Of a stretch of 64,000 bases of DNA, positions 54,547 to 64,000 are shown piece by piece. The position numbers were made by a program, and so were the translations under genes. This DNA is from Saccharolobus islandicus REY15A. GTDB taxonomy: Archaea > Thermoproteota > Thermoprotei_A > Sulfolobales > Sulfolobaceae. Below the pieces are notes generated by a model, which ran no database searches, had not been told where the DNA came from, and saw nothing but the letters and a program-made list of their open reading frames with translations. The stretch lies in the NCBI RefSeq assembly GCF_000189555.1, contig NC_017276.1; one strand, 5' to 3'. Position 1 is the first letter of the stretch. Every line of letters starts with the position of its first letter.

Positions 54547-54747
54547 ATGAAAGAAAGAGAAGTAGAAGCTAAAAGATTAGTTGGAAAGAAGAATGTGAGA
54601 GGAAAAATATACGAGTATGAATACTTCACGTTACCGTTGAACCTATACTTGCCTAAGTCAATGGTAGAGAAATTCGGAACAAAATATATGCTTCAAGTTG
54701 ATGAGGATAGTGGAACAATAACAATAAAGCCTAAATCTGGTCAGTGA
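54547..54747 (+). CDS. Small basic hypothetical protein (possible swapped-hairpin DNA-binding fold)
   Basis: 66 aa; YLPKSMVEKFG...MLQVDEDSGTITIKP resembles AbrB-like proteins (inference). Confidence 0.55.
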   Translation: MKEREVEAKRLVGKKNVRGKIYEYEYFTLPLNLYLPKSMVEKFGTKYMLQVDEDSGTITIKPKSGQ

Positions 54748-55093
54748 AACCAAGGATTTTTCCCCTATGTATTATAAACGTTTTGTTAGAAGTGTGAATC
54801 TTAATGATTTTATCATTTATCTCAACCTTAGTTATTTTTTCATAAATTTCAGGTTTATAGAGATGTAATGAGATCGCAATAGTGAATAGATAGACTAAAA
54901 TGGGTATTATAAAAAGTGTTAGGACTAAAATATATCTAAAAATCACATATAAAATGGAAACCAATAAGACAATAATGAATGAGACATAATACATCTCGTT
55001 AATTTGAGTCTTTTTATACCCTATCTCACTCTCCGATATGAAAAATATTACATAGTAACCGTCATCACTTAGTCCAATTGCTTTCTTTTTCAC
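54731..55093 (-). CDS. Hypothetical membrane protein
   Basis: Two central TM helices with soluble beta-rich ends. Confidence 0.55.
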   Translation of the reverse strand: MKKKAIGLSDDGYYVIFFISESEIGYKKTQINEMYYVSFIIVLLVSILYVIFRYILVLTLFIIPILVYLFTIAISLHLYKPEIYEKITKVEINDKIIKIHTSNKTFIIHRGKILGFTDQI

Positions 55094-55324
55094 AGTATTA
55101 ATTTGACATCAGGGATATTTAATCAATAGTCGTTTAAGGATACGGTACTTTGTGGATGACTTCAATTTTTATTAAAGCTAACGTCAAGCTTACTTTTAAA
55201 TCAACGCTTGATTTTGAATTTAAGAAAGATTGATGAGCTTAACATCTTAGAAAATTGAATTAGTCCATAAAGCAAGGACGCGGATAAATAATAAATATTA
55301 ATAAAAAATACAGTACTACTCGAG

Positions 55325-56374
55325 ATGAAAAGGTACCTCATATTATTTTTAGTTTTAACAAGTATAATATTTATACCAATAACTTACTCTTCTAACCAAT
55401 TTAGTTTTCTAAATATTGGAAATACAATTAGCTATAACATTTACGAAACATCATCTAGACTTGGAACTTACTTAACCTTTAATATAAGTATGAACCTAGT
55501 TTGGAATGGAACTGTCTTTGTGATAAATGGCAAATCAGTAAATAAAGTGTTTCCTGCAATAAATACAAACAATTTAACAATAGAGAACATAAGTGGTTCG
55601 TATCCATATCCTCTGAGTGTATGGATTAACACTGCAGCTGCTGGCACTCCTAGCGGATTTCTAGAAACCGGCAAAGAATTCACTACTTATAATGGCATTC
55701 CTGCTGTGGAATTCCTAGACTATAATAACTATACCTACATTTCCCTACAATACATGATACCTCTAAAGTCATACTACAGTATAAATATAGACCCTGCTTC
55801 AAATCTAACATATAGCGCTACCGCTACGTTGACAAAAGGTGACTTAAACTTCTACACTGGACCGTATAATTTGTATAACGTTTCATTCAATTATGTATAC
55901 CAAAACTACACCGTAAATCTGTTCTTACTGGTAGCGTCATCAAATGCAGAGATTAATCTCTTGAATTACTCTAATCATATAGCGTTTAATATAACTGGTT
56001 TAAAGTTTATAAGTCTATTAGTACCCATAACTACATTCCATGACTTACTTGGAGTATCTAAGTTTGTCTATAATGGAAGCCCTTACATCATTATATTAAC
56101 ATCAACGGGATCAACGGGAAGTGCGTATTATTACAATACATCTGTGCCAATAATCGGAAGTTATATACCTGGAACAAATTACTACATGATATCTATACCG
56201 TATTCTGGAAATATAGTAATTATATTTGGTAATTACTACTCAAATTATGTTAATGGAAGTATTAACATAAAAAATAATGGTGTTGGTCATGGGTTCTCCC
56301 TACTCTACGCATTATCTGCAGTTATAGTAGTTGCAGTTGTAATTACAGCTACTTATATGTTAAGAAAGAAGTAA
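55325..56374 (+). CDS. Secreted, membrane-anchored cell-surface glycoprotein
   Basis: N-terminal signal peptide, N/Y/S/T-rich, many NxS/T sequons, C-terminal TM followed by RKK. Confidence 0.75.
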   Translation: MKRYLILFLVLTSIIFIPITYSSNQFSFLNIGNTISYNIYETSSRLGTYLTFNISMNLVWNGTVFVINGKSVNKVFPAINTNNLTIENISGSYPYPLSVWINTAAAGTPSGFLETGKEFTTYNGIPAVEFLDYNNYTYISLQYMIPLKSYYSINIDPASNLTYSATATLTKGDLNFYTGPYNLYNVSFNYVYQNYTVNLFLLVASSNAEINLLNYSNHIAFNITGLKFISLLVPITTFHDLLGVSKFVYNGSPYIIILTSTGSTGSAYYYNTSVPIIGSYIPGTNYYMISIPYSGNIVIIFGNYYSNYVNGSINIKNNGVGHGFSLLYALSAVIVVAVVITATYMLRKK

Positions 56375-57217
56375 CTTGGGGATATCGTAGGGGGTATTAG
56401 CTATTGGAATTCCAGCTTCTTTAAATGCCCTTATTTTACTCTCGAATGTACCCATACCCATATAAACTACTGCTCCTGCATGTCCCATCCTTTTCTCCCT
56501 AGGTGCAGTCATTCCTGCTATGTAAGCTATAATTGGTTTCTTAATTTCTCCCCTCTTATACGCCTCTGCTAACCTCTCCTCCATGGTACCACCTATTTCT
56601 CCTATTACAACAATTTTTTCCGTCTCTGGATCTTGATCAAACATCTTTGCAACTTCTAAAGTACTCGTACCTATTATTGGATCCCCTCCTATACCTATAA
56701 CAGTAGATTGGCCCATACCAGAGTTCTTAAGTAACTCTGAAACCTCATATGTTAGTGTACCTGATCTAGACACTATTCCTATTTTACCCTTCTTAAATGC
56801 TCTGGCTGGAAGTATTCCAACTAGACTTTCCTCTGGAGCTATTATTCCAGGACAATTGGGTCCTATTATTCTAGCTCCCCTAGCTTTGGCATACTTTATA
56901 GCTCTAGCCATGTCCAAAACCGGTATGTGCTCGGTTATAGTTACAATTAATTTTATCCCCGCATCAACTGCCTCATATATGGCATCCACTGCGTATCTGG
57001 CTGGAACGAAAATTATTGAAGTATCTGCCTCATGCTCTTTCATTGCATCCTTTACCGTATCGTAAACTGGAACATTGTTAACTTGAGTTCCTCCCTTACC
57101 CGGAGTAACACCAGCAACTATTTTTGTACCGTATTTTAGCATTTGCTGTGTATGGAAGCTCCCTTCTCTTCCGGTTATTCCTTGGACAATTACCCTAGTA
57201 TTCTTATTTATGAGCGT
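56360..57217 (-). CDS. sucD: Succinyl-CoA synthetase alpha subunit (probable ACG start at 57217)
   Basis: [29 protein letters not shown]; the frame continues upstream of ATG 57142 as [25 protein letters not shown]. Confidence 0.92.
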   Translation of the reverse strand, partial: TLINKNTRVIVQGITGREGSFHTQQMLKYGTKIVAGVTPGKGGTQVNNVPVYDTVKDAMKEHEADTSIIFVPARYAVDAIYEAVDAGIKLIVTITEHIPVLDMARAIKYAKARGARIIGPNCPGIIAPEESLVGILPARAFKKGKIGIVSRSGTLTYEVSELLKNSGMGQSTVIGIGGDPIIGTSTLEVAKMFDQDPETEKIVVIGEIGGTMEERLAEAYKRGEIKKPIIAYIAGMTAPREKRMGHAGAVVYMGMGTFESKIRAFKEAGIPIANTPYDIPKLLLS

Positions 57218-58221
57218 ACTGCATCACCTATCATTTTTAACACATCATCATATACGTTTACACCGTTCTCTCTTAATATTTTCTTCCCTAATTCCTCGTT
57301 AGTTCCTAATAATCTAACAAATATTGGCTTCTTTACCTCCTTTAGCGCATCAATTATACCTAACGCTACCTCATCACATCTAGTAATTCCACCGTAAATA
57401 TTTATAACAATCTTTTTGACTCTAGGATTACTACCCACTTTGAGAACACTTTCTTTAACATGTTCCCTATTAGCTCCTCCACCAACATCCAAGAAATTTG
57501 CTGGATTTCCACCATTTAATTTAACTAGATCCATTGAAGCCATGGTTAATCCTGCACCATTGCCTATTATTCCTATATCTCCCTCTAGTTCCACATAACT
57601 ATCACGAACTTCTTGCCTCCCTAACTCCTTTAACAAATCCTCATGTCTATATAACGCGTTATCCTCTAAAATCACTTTAGAGTCTAAAGCTAATATTCTA
57701 CCATCATTAGTCAATGCTAATGGGTTTATCTCAACTAGTTCAGCGTCGTAATCTACAAATAATTTATATAAACCTTGTATTATTTGTCCTAATCCCTTAA
57801 CTCCTAGATACTTCTCAGCCTCAACAATATCATAACTCCTAACTCCCCTCTCTAGTGGTATTATCATCTTCTTAACGTCCTTAGCTTGTTCAACATCAAT
57901 GCCTCCTTCTCTTGATAAAACTAACATTGGTTCCCCAGTTTCCCTATCTAACAATACTGAAGCGTAAAACTCCTTCTCGTGAGGAACAAACTCCTCTACT
58001 AAGAATTTCTCAACTCCTAGTTTTTTCAGCTCTAAAATAGTATTATAAACGTCTTCAGTTACTCTTACTAATCCTCTTTTACCTCTAGCGCCTTCCAATA
58101 GTTGAGATTTTACTACAGCTTTTCCTTGCCATCTTATTGGTTCAGAAGTTACAACACCATTAGGCACTGGTATCCCTACACGCTTAAAAAGACTCTTTCC
58201 CTCATATTCGTATAATTTCAT
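57208..58221 (-). CDS. sucC: Succinyl-CoA synthetase beta subunit
   Basis: [47 protein letters not shown]. Confidence 0.95.
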   Translation of the reverse strand: MKLYEYEGKSLFKRVGIPVPNGVVTSEPIRWQGKAVVKSQLLEGARGKRGLVRVTEDVYNTILELKKLGVEKFLVEEFVPHEKEFYASVLLDRETGEPMLVLSREGGIDVEQAKDVKKMIIPLERGVRSYDIVEAEKYLGVKGLGQIIQGLYKLFVDYDAELVEINPLALTNDGRILALDSKVILEDNALYRHEDLLKELGRQEVRDSYVELEGDIGIIGNGAGLTMASMDLVKLNGGNPANFLDVGGGANREHVKESVLKVGSNPRVKKIVINIYGGITRCDEVALGIIDALKEVKKPIFVRLLGTNEELGKKILRENGVNVYDDVLKMIGDAVRS

Positions 58222-58305
58222 ACCACATACTTATCACATAAAAATTTAAACATTACTATGCATTACTTAAATTTAGTAAAAGTATTTAAAGAGGCCTATT
58301 TTGTA

Positions 58306-58989
58306 TCACGAGGAATTTTCTCTATAATATTTACATACTTTCTTCAAGATACAGTCTTCACATTTGGGATTTTCAATGAAACAAAATGCTCTACCTACAG
58401 TGACTATTCCAGCGTGTAGTAATTTGTATTCGTAGACGTTTCGCTCTAAATTCTCCTCTACTAGTCTTTTAACCTCATTCTTTTTCTTTATACTAATTCC
58501 TAATACTCTAGATAATACTCTCTTACCGTACTCTGATGGTGGAAAGTTTGGTTTGTGACCTGCGAAAAGCAAGATTGAGTCAGCTGTTTCTTCGCCTATA
58601 CCATCAATGCTTAAAAGTAAATTTCTGTCATAAAATTTCTCAACACTACCTAGATTTATTATGATTTTAGATAAATTAATTAACCTCTTAACCTTAGTCT
58701 TATAGAAGTTAATTCCTTTCAATACATCATATAATTCTTGTTCAGTAGTATTGTATAATTTATAAAAATCAGTCAAACCCTTACTCCTCATCTCCTCTAC
58801 TTTGCCCTTTACAATTTCCCATCTTGACATTTGAACCAATATTGCTGAAATGATTATTTCTTCTGCACTTTTTAGTCCGTCCCACCATTCATAAGAAGTT
58901 TCGGACGAAACTATCCAACCTTTTTCCTTCAATATGCTTTTATTGTTTTCAAATATTTCCAGCAATGTGTCAAGTATTTTACGAACCAT
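58306..58989 (-). CDS. Endonuclease III-like HhH-GPD DNA glycosylase
   Basis: LLSIDGIGEETADSIL HhH; C-terminal C-X6-C-X2-C-X5-C Fe-S motif. Confidence 0.85.
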   Translation of the reverse strand: MVRKILDTLLEIFENNKSILKEKGWIVSSETSYEWWDGLKSAEEIIISAILVQMSRWEIVKGKVEEMRSKGLTDFYKLYNTTEQELYDVLKGINFYKTKVKRLINLSKIIINLGSVEKFYDRNLLLSIDGIGEETADSILLFAGHKPNFPPSEYGKRVLSRVLGISIKKKNEVKRLVEENLERNVYEYKLLHAGIVTVGRAFCFIENPKCEDCILKKVCKYYRENSS

Positions 58990-59945
58990 TATAGTTCACT
59001 TAATACATGTTTAACCAGATTTGGAGTACCTGTATCAAAAACGTTAGGCTCATTAGCGTTTTCTATAGCTTCTAATAAAACGTTATAATCGCTCCACGTT
59101 ATTGGATCACTTAAAAACGTAGCTCCCAATATCTCAGCATACTTCTTGGCATCGCTTAACGTAGTTGCACTCTTCCAATCGTTGTTGTAAACCATTATTA
59201 CCGGCTTCCTATACATTACTACTGCCTCCATGGCAGTTTTACCTTGATGCGTTATTACCAAAGATGCATTAGCGATCCATTTTTCTAAATCTGGATCAAA
59301 ACTAAACGTAGTAACATTTTGATTACGATAGATTGTGGGATCTATTTTCCCCGTCTGCATGACAATCCTCTTCCCTATAACGGATTTCACTATTGCGTCA
59401 AATAACCTCTTAAAACCCATGCTACCAGTTGTAACTAATATGTAGCCTTCATCCTTACTCTCATACTTAGGCTTTTCAACAATGGGTCCCACGACAATAC
59501 CCTTCTTTTCATAAAGTTTCCTTTGGTCTTGCCAATGAAGAAATACACCCTTTGCGTAATTTGATATTATGCCTATCGCCTTTCCCTTGGTGATAAGTCT
59601 ATCTTGACTTTCGATACCGTAAACCTTCCCACCTTTTAAGTATTGAAAAAAGGAAGGAAATATGGAGTGATTGCTCCCGGTGGCTATGATTAAATCATAT
59701 TTCTTAATATTGGCGCTCTTTACTATTATAGAGAGTAATCTCTTAAATAATACTAGACTACTTTCGTCTGGCTCTCTTCCTTTAGGTATCTCGTAGATTT
59801 TATTTGCATATTGTGATATCATTTGTCTACTGTAAGTATCATTTGTTGGTATCACGAAATCTACTTTTTCGGGTAAATATTGGGCAATAGCCCTGGCGAA
59901 GCCTGTATGACCACCACCACTGGCTATTATTAAGATTCTTGTCAC
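58989..59945 (-). CDS. Alg14/Alg13-like UDP-GlcNAc transferase (Agl24-like, N-glycan assembly)
   Basis: [28 protein letters not shown]; orthology to Agl24 is inferred. Confidence 0.75.
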   Translation of the reverse strand: MTRILIIASGGGHTGFARAIAQYLPEKVDFVIPTNDTYSRQMISQYANKIYEIPKGREPDESSLVLFKRLLSIIVKSANIKKYDLIIATGSNHSIFPSFFQYLKGGKVYGIESQDRLITKGKAIGIISNYAKGVFLHWQDQRKLYEKKGIVVGPIVEKPKYESKDEGYILVTTGSMGFKRLFDAIVKSVIGKRIVMQTGKIDPTIYRNQNVTTFSFDPDLEKWIANASLVITHQGKTAMEAVVMYRKPVIMVYNNDWKSATTLSDAKKYAEILGATFLSDPITWSDYNVLLEAIENANEPNVFDTGTPNLVKHVLSEL

Positions 59946-59996
59946 AATACTCTTTGTAACAGCTAAAGATTTAAGTTAAATGACATAGCGATATTT

Positions 59997-61634
59997 ATGG
60001 AAAGTTATAAGCCAGTGTGGCTAAAGGGTGCGGTAATTTTAGCCATAAACCTAATAGACAAGGGTTATAAGCCAGTTGCTGTTGGCCTAGGTGAAAGGGA
60101 TTTCTACATTGATGTGAAATCAGACACTAGCATTACCTTAGATGAGGTAAAGAAGGCAATCAATGAGAACGTTCTAGCGAATGTACCCATTGAGAATAAT
60201 CAGATAGTGTATAAAGGAAACAAGGTTTCAATAATAGAGGATAAGGTTTCAATTTCGAACAATTTAAATCCTAAGTATTTTGAAATTTTAAATATCTCAA
60301 CTCATCATCCAAATCCCAATGAACAATACGTCAGAATTAGGGGTGTGGCTTTCGAGACTGAAGAACAGTTAAAGGACTACCTTACTTGGCTAGAAAAGGC
60401 TGAAGAGACTGACCATAGGCTGATTGGAGAAAAGTTAGACTTATTTAGCTTTCATGAGGAAGCTGGATCAGGATTAGTACTATTTCATCCTAAGGGACAA
60501 ACGATAAGAAATGAACTCATTGCGTTTATGAGAGAGATAAATGATAGCATGGGGTATCAAGAAGTTTATACTAGCCACGTTTTCAAGACTGATATATGGA
60601 AAATATCCGGTCATTATACCTTGTATAGGGATAAACTAATTGTCTTTAACATGGAAGGTGATGAGTATGGAGTAAAACCTATGAATTGTCCTGCTCACAT
60701 TCTAATTTACAAATCTAAACCTAGAACCTATCGTGATCTTCCAATCAGATTTTCAGAGTTTGGCCATGTATATAGGTGGGAAAAGAAAGGAGAATTATAT
60801 GGGTTACTGAGAGTTAGAGGTTTCGTCCAAGACGATGGTCACATTTTCCTTAGGGAAGATCAACTAAGGGAAGAAATTAAGATGCTTATTTCTAAGACAG
60901 TGGAAGTTTGGCACAAGTTCGGCTTCAAAGATGACGATATTAAGCCTTATTTGAGTACAAGGCCGGATGAGAGTATAGGTTCTGATGAACTGTGGGAAAA
61001 AGCTACTAACGCGCTGATTTCCGCGTTGCAAGAATCGGGCTTAAAATTCGGTATTAAGGAAAAAGAAGGTGCGTTTTATGGGCCTAAAATCGACTTCGAG
61101 ATAAGGGATAGTCTAGGTAGATGGTGGCAATTATCCACAATACAAGTTGACTTCAACTTACCTGAGAGGTTTAAGTTGGAGTACATTGATAAGGATGGGA
61201 TAAAGAAGAGGCCAGTAATGGTACATAGAGCAATATATGGATCAATAGATAGATTTGTTGCAATACTACTTGAGCACTTTAAGGGTAAGCTACCAACGTG
61301 GTTAAGTTCAGTCCAGGTTAGGGTTTTACCGATAACTGATGAAGTAAATGAATACGCTGAAAAAGTGCTAAACGATATGAGAAAGAGGAGAATAAGAGCA
61401 GAGATTGATTATGCAGGTGAGACCTTAAGTAAGAGGATTAAGAACGCATACGATCAAGGAGTTCCATACATATTGATAGTAGGTAAGAAAGAAGCTAGTG
61501 AGGGTACAGTAACTGTTAGAGCTAGAGGTAACATTGAAGTGAGGAACGTTAAGTTTGAAAAGTTCCTAGAGTTATTGATTACCGAGATTGCGCAAAGGGA
61601 TGTAGAACAAACTACAGTAAAAGCGTTAAAATAG
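59997..61634 (+). CDS. thrS: Threonyl-tRNA synthetase (catalytic type lacking the full editing domain)
   Basis: [42 protein letters not shown]. Confidence 0.95.
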   Translation: MESYKPVWLKGAVILAINLIDKGYKPVAVGLGERDFYIDVKSDTSITLDEVKKAINENVLANVPIENNQIVYKGNKVSIIEDKVSISNNLNPKYFEILNISTHHPNPNEQYVRIRGVAFETEEQLKDYLTWLEKAEETDHRLIGEKLDLFSFHEEAGSGLVLFHPKGQTIRNELIAFMREINDSMGYQEVYTSHVFKTDIWKISGHYTLYRDKLIVFNMEGDEYGVKPMNCPAHILIYKSKPRTYRDLPIRFSEFGHVYRWEKKGELYGLLRVRGFVQDDGHIFLREDQLREEIKMLISKTVEVWHKFGFKDDDIKPYLSTRPDESIGSDELWEKATNALISALQESGLKFGIKEKEGAFYGPKIDFEIRDSLGRWWQLSTIQVDFNLPERFKLEYIDKDGIKKRPVMVHRAIYGSIDRFVAILLEHFKGKLPTWLSSVQVRVLPITDEVNEYAEKVLNDMRKRRIRAEIDYAGETLSKRIKNAYDQGVPYILIVGKKEASEGTVTVRARGNIEVRNVKFEKFLELLITEIAQRDVEQTTVKALK

Positions 61635-61671
61635 TGAATTTTTTATAACAATATATACTATATTAATACTT

Positions 61672-62127
61672 GTGCTAGTGTATGGGTTGTACAAAAGTCC
61701 TCTTGGCTATATAACTGTTGCTAAGGACGATAAGGGATTTATTATGTTGGATTTCTGTGATTGTGTGGAAGGAAATTCAAGAGACGATAGTAGTTTTACT
61801 GAATTCTTCCATAAGCTAGATCTCTACTTTGAGGGTAAGCCAATAAACTTAAGGGAGCCTATTAACCTAAAGACCTATCCTTTTAGATTATCAGTATTTA
61901 AAGAAGTAATGAAGATCCCCTGGGGAAAAGTTATGACGTATAAACAGATAGCAGATTCACTGGGAACTTCTCCAAGAGCTGTTGGTATGGCTTTATCTAA
62001 AAATCCCATTCTTTTAATCATACCATGCCACCGAGTAATAGCTGAAAATGGTATTGGAGGATACTCCAGAGGAGTAAAGTTGAAGAGAGCCTTATTGGAA
62101 CTGGAGGGAGTCAAAATACCAGAATGA
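61672..62127 (+). CDS. ogt: O6-methylguanine-DNA methyltransferase
   Basis: PRAVG, IPCHRV. Confidence 0.95.
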   Translation: MLVYGLYKSPLGYITVAKDDKGFIMLDFCDCVEGNSRDDSSFTEFFHKLDLYFEGKPINLREPINLKTYPFRLSVFKEVMKIPWGKVMTYKQIADSLGTSPRAVGMALSKNPILLIIPCHRVIAENGIGGYSRGVKLKRALLELEGVKIPE

Positions 62128-62224
62128 TGTGGAAAAATTTAACAGTATTAACCAATTAATTTTTAACAAAAAGAGCTTTTATCTTAACAAGGGGTTCAAA
62201 GGGGGCGAAAGACCCCTTCCGTGA

Positions 62225-63437
62225 CGGTAGACCCAAAATCATATTAGAAAAAATATTTCTGGTAGGATAATATCGAATTTATAAAAGATAAAGAAATTTA
62301 TAAGAGTATAAAGAATTCAATTGAAGAAAGGGTTTAAGGTGAGGGAGATGGCGTATTACCACGTGACATAGGAAGATGGTAACACCAGGTCTCCCTCACC
62401 AAAATAATATTCAACAAATAGGATATAAATTACTTTCCATGTTGAACTTCCAAGGGGAAAAGGTAGAGGAGGTAGCGAAAACTCTCATCTCCGCGTGTTT
62501 GTGGAACGATTCAGTAGAGAACAAGTCCAGAGCGTATGACGTATCCCCACAGACCGTGAGGAATTACGTAGAGAAACAAGGGATGGAAGTGACTGAAAAG
62601 CTATTGGAAAGAGCTAGGAAAATATCCTTGGAGATATTAAAGGGAGTGAATGAGATAGATCTTTCAATAGACTGGACAACCAAGACGTGGTATGGGAAAC
62701 CAGTGAAAGGGCTCGGGAGCTCTGAAAAAGGAAACTCGTGGAACTACGCAACTGCAACAACCAAGTATAAGGGGAAAGTGCTTTTACTTGCCGCAAGTGA
62801 ACGGTATGACTAAGGACGAGATAGTGAAGGCTCTTGTTGAACAAGTAATGGCAATGGGATTCAAGATAAGGTTGATAACTCTTGACGCTGGTTTCTATAC
62901 TGTTGACGTGCTCAACTTCATTTCACAGTTTAAATACATAATTGCTGTTCCGGTTGGGGACGTGAAGGTGTACGAGGAGTTTGACGGGGATTACACAACT
63001 AATAGTAAGAGGCATAGGAGGGATGAGCAGGTCAAGTTCAGGCTTCTCGTGTACAGCAAGGAAAAAGTGAGGAGAAAGAAGAAGAGTCTTGTTTATTTTG
63101 CTAGGGCTACTAACCTAGACCTATCCAAGAGGGAAGTGTTGGATTTGTACAATAAGGTAAGAGGTCCCATAGAGACCTCTTATAGGAACATTAAGGCTTT
63201 TCTTCCATTTACTAGTTCTACTAAGTTTGTTTTCCGCACGTTGATCTTCGTGCTGGCCCTTGTACTCTACTCCTTATATACCATATTCAAGGGGGAGGTG
63301 GGGGGAGAGGAGTTTAGATTATTATTAATTCTTTTATTTCCTGATTTATTCAATCCAGAGAATTTTACATTTAATATAGTTGAAACGCTTATTTATACTA
63401 TAGATTTATTTTTAAGGAGGTGATTTTGGGTCTACCG
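62225..63437 (+). mobile_element. ISH3-family IS, copy 3, 1213 bp
   Basis: Same TIR; TSD GTGA (62221-62224 and 63438-63441); 8-bp internal deletion. Confidence 0.92.
62376..63423 (+). pseudogene. Frameshifted ISH3 transposase
   Basis: CTTGCC(TTTATTCC)GCAAG: 8 bp lost at ~62791, splitting it into ORFs 62376..62813 and 62788..63423. Confidence 0.9.
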
Positions 63438-63498
63438 GTGAGGGAGGGGATGGATAGTCCCCTTATATTTAAATAATTCTTTTTCAAATATTCTATTA

Positions 63499-64000
63499 AT
63501 GTCTGACGTAGGGTTACGCTTTAGAGCTTACGCTGACGAACAAACATTGAGGGCGTTAAAAGCCCAATTGAGGTTAGCGTGTGAAGTGTACAACACCCTA
63601 CGTTGGGCAGACATCTATTTTCATGAGAGAGACGGAAAAGGACTCACTAAGACGGAGTTGAGACAACTAGCTCTCGATCTAAGAAGACAGGATAAACAAT
63701 ATCAACATCTATATTCCCAAACACTACAACAGATCGCAGACAGATTCTACGACGCTAGACAGAGGTTCTTCGAAGGGTTAGCACACTTCCCCAAGGAAAA
63801 GAAAGCACACAAGTGGTACTCACTAGTCTACCCTCAGTCAGGTTGGAAAGTCATGAAGGTGAGAGAAATAAGGACGAAAAGCAAGAAGAACAAGAAGAAG
63901 GTAATGACGCTTCAGCTTTCAAACCTAGGTATCTTCAACGTCGTTGTTCATAGGGATTTCCAACTGGAAAAAGTGGAGAGGGTAGTAGTCAAGCTGGCAC
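63499..64000 (+). CDS. tnpB: TnpB (5' part, truncated by the window edge)
   Basis: Near-identical to 37737 onward ([11 protein letters not shown]...); one K>R change noticed. Confidence 0.92.
   Translation, partial: MSDVGLRFRAYADEQTLRALKAQLRLACEVYNTLRWADIYFHERDGKGLTKTELRQLALDLRRQDKQYQHLYSQTLQQIADRFYDARQRFFEGLAHFPKEKKAHKWYSLVYPQSGWKVMKVREIRTKSKKNKKKVMTLQLSNLGIFNVVVHRDFQLEKVERVVVKLA

Larger units (their letters stand above)
62183..64000 (+). mobile_element. Second tnpB-only IS200/IS605 element, LE hairpin interrupted by ISH3; runs off the window
   Basis: TTTAT|CTTAAC at 62178-62188 with a flank different from copy 1; LE CCCCTTCC-GTGA-GGGAGGGG. Confidence 0.88.

Noticed and set aside
56277-56286. 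10-nt match (ATGGTGTTGG) to the predicted TnpB guide inside the surface-protein gene
   Set aside because: The upstream pentamer is AAATA, not TTTAT, and the match stops at 10 nt; not a credible self-target.
59997-61634. Short ThrRS lacking a full editing domain
   Set aside because: A known feature of Sulfolobales (free-standing editing protein), not novel.

Overview
AT-rich crenarchaeal chromosome segment. Gene content, short leaders and IS types point to Sulfolobales (Saccharolobus/Sulfolobus islandicus-like; inference). It is mostly core genes: 3HP/4HB carbon fixation (methylmalonyl-CoA mutase and epimerase, acetyl/propionyl-CoA carboxylase, succinyl-CoA synthetase), DNA repair (Dpo4, Hel308/Hjm, EndoV, photolyase, EndoIII-like, Ogt, RadA/KaiC paralogue), translation and RNA modification, transport, and Mo-hydroxylase subunits. 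The most striking structure is a nested set of mobile elements. Three copies of a ~1221-bp ISH3-family IS (17-bp perfect TIR, 4-bp TSD) each sit exactly in the 4-nt loop of a subterminal hairpin of an IS200/IS605-family element. Two are in the left-end hairpin of tnpB-only (ISC1316-like) elements and one is in the right-end hairpin of a 321-bp SMN1-type MITE. The window also has three box C/D sRNA candidates, a candidate K-turn-rich ncRNA, two small ORFs missed by the ORF track, a sucD that appears to need an ACG start, an ABC ATPase with a probable 5' frameshift, and two enzymes with degenerate active sites. No CRISPR array, tRNA or rRNA was seen. All calls come from reading the sequence; no database searches were run.
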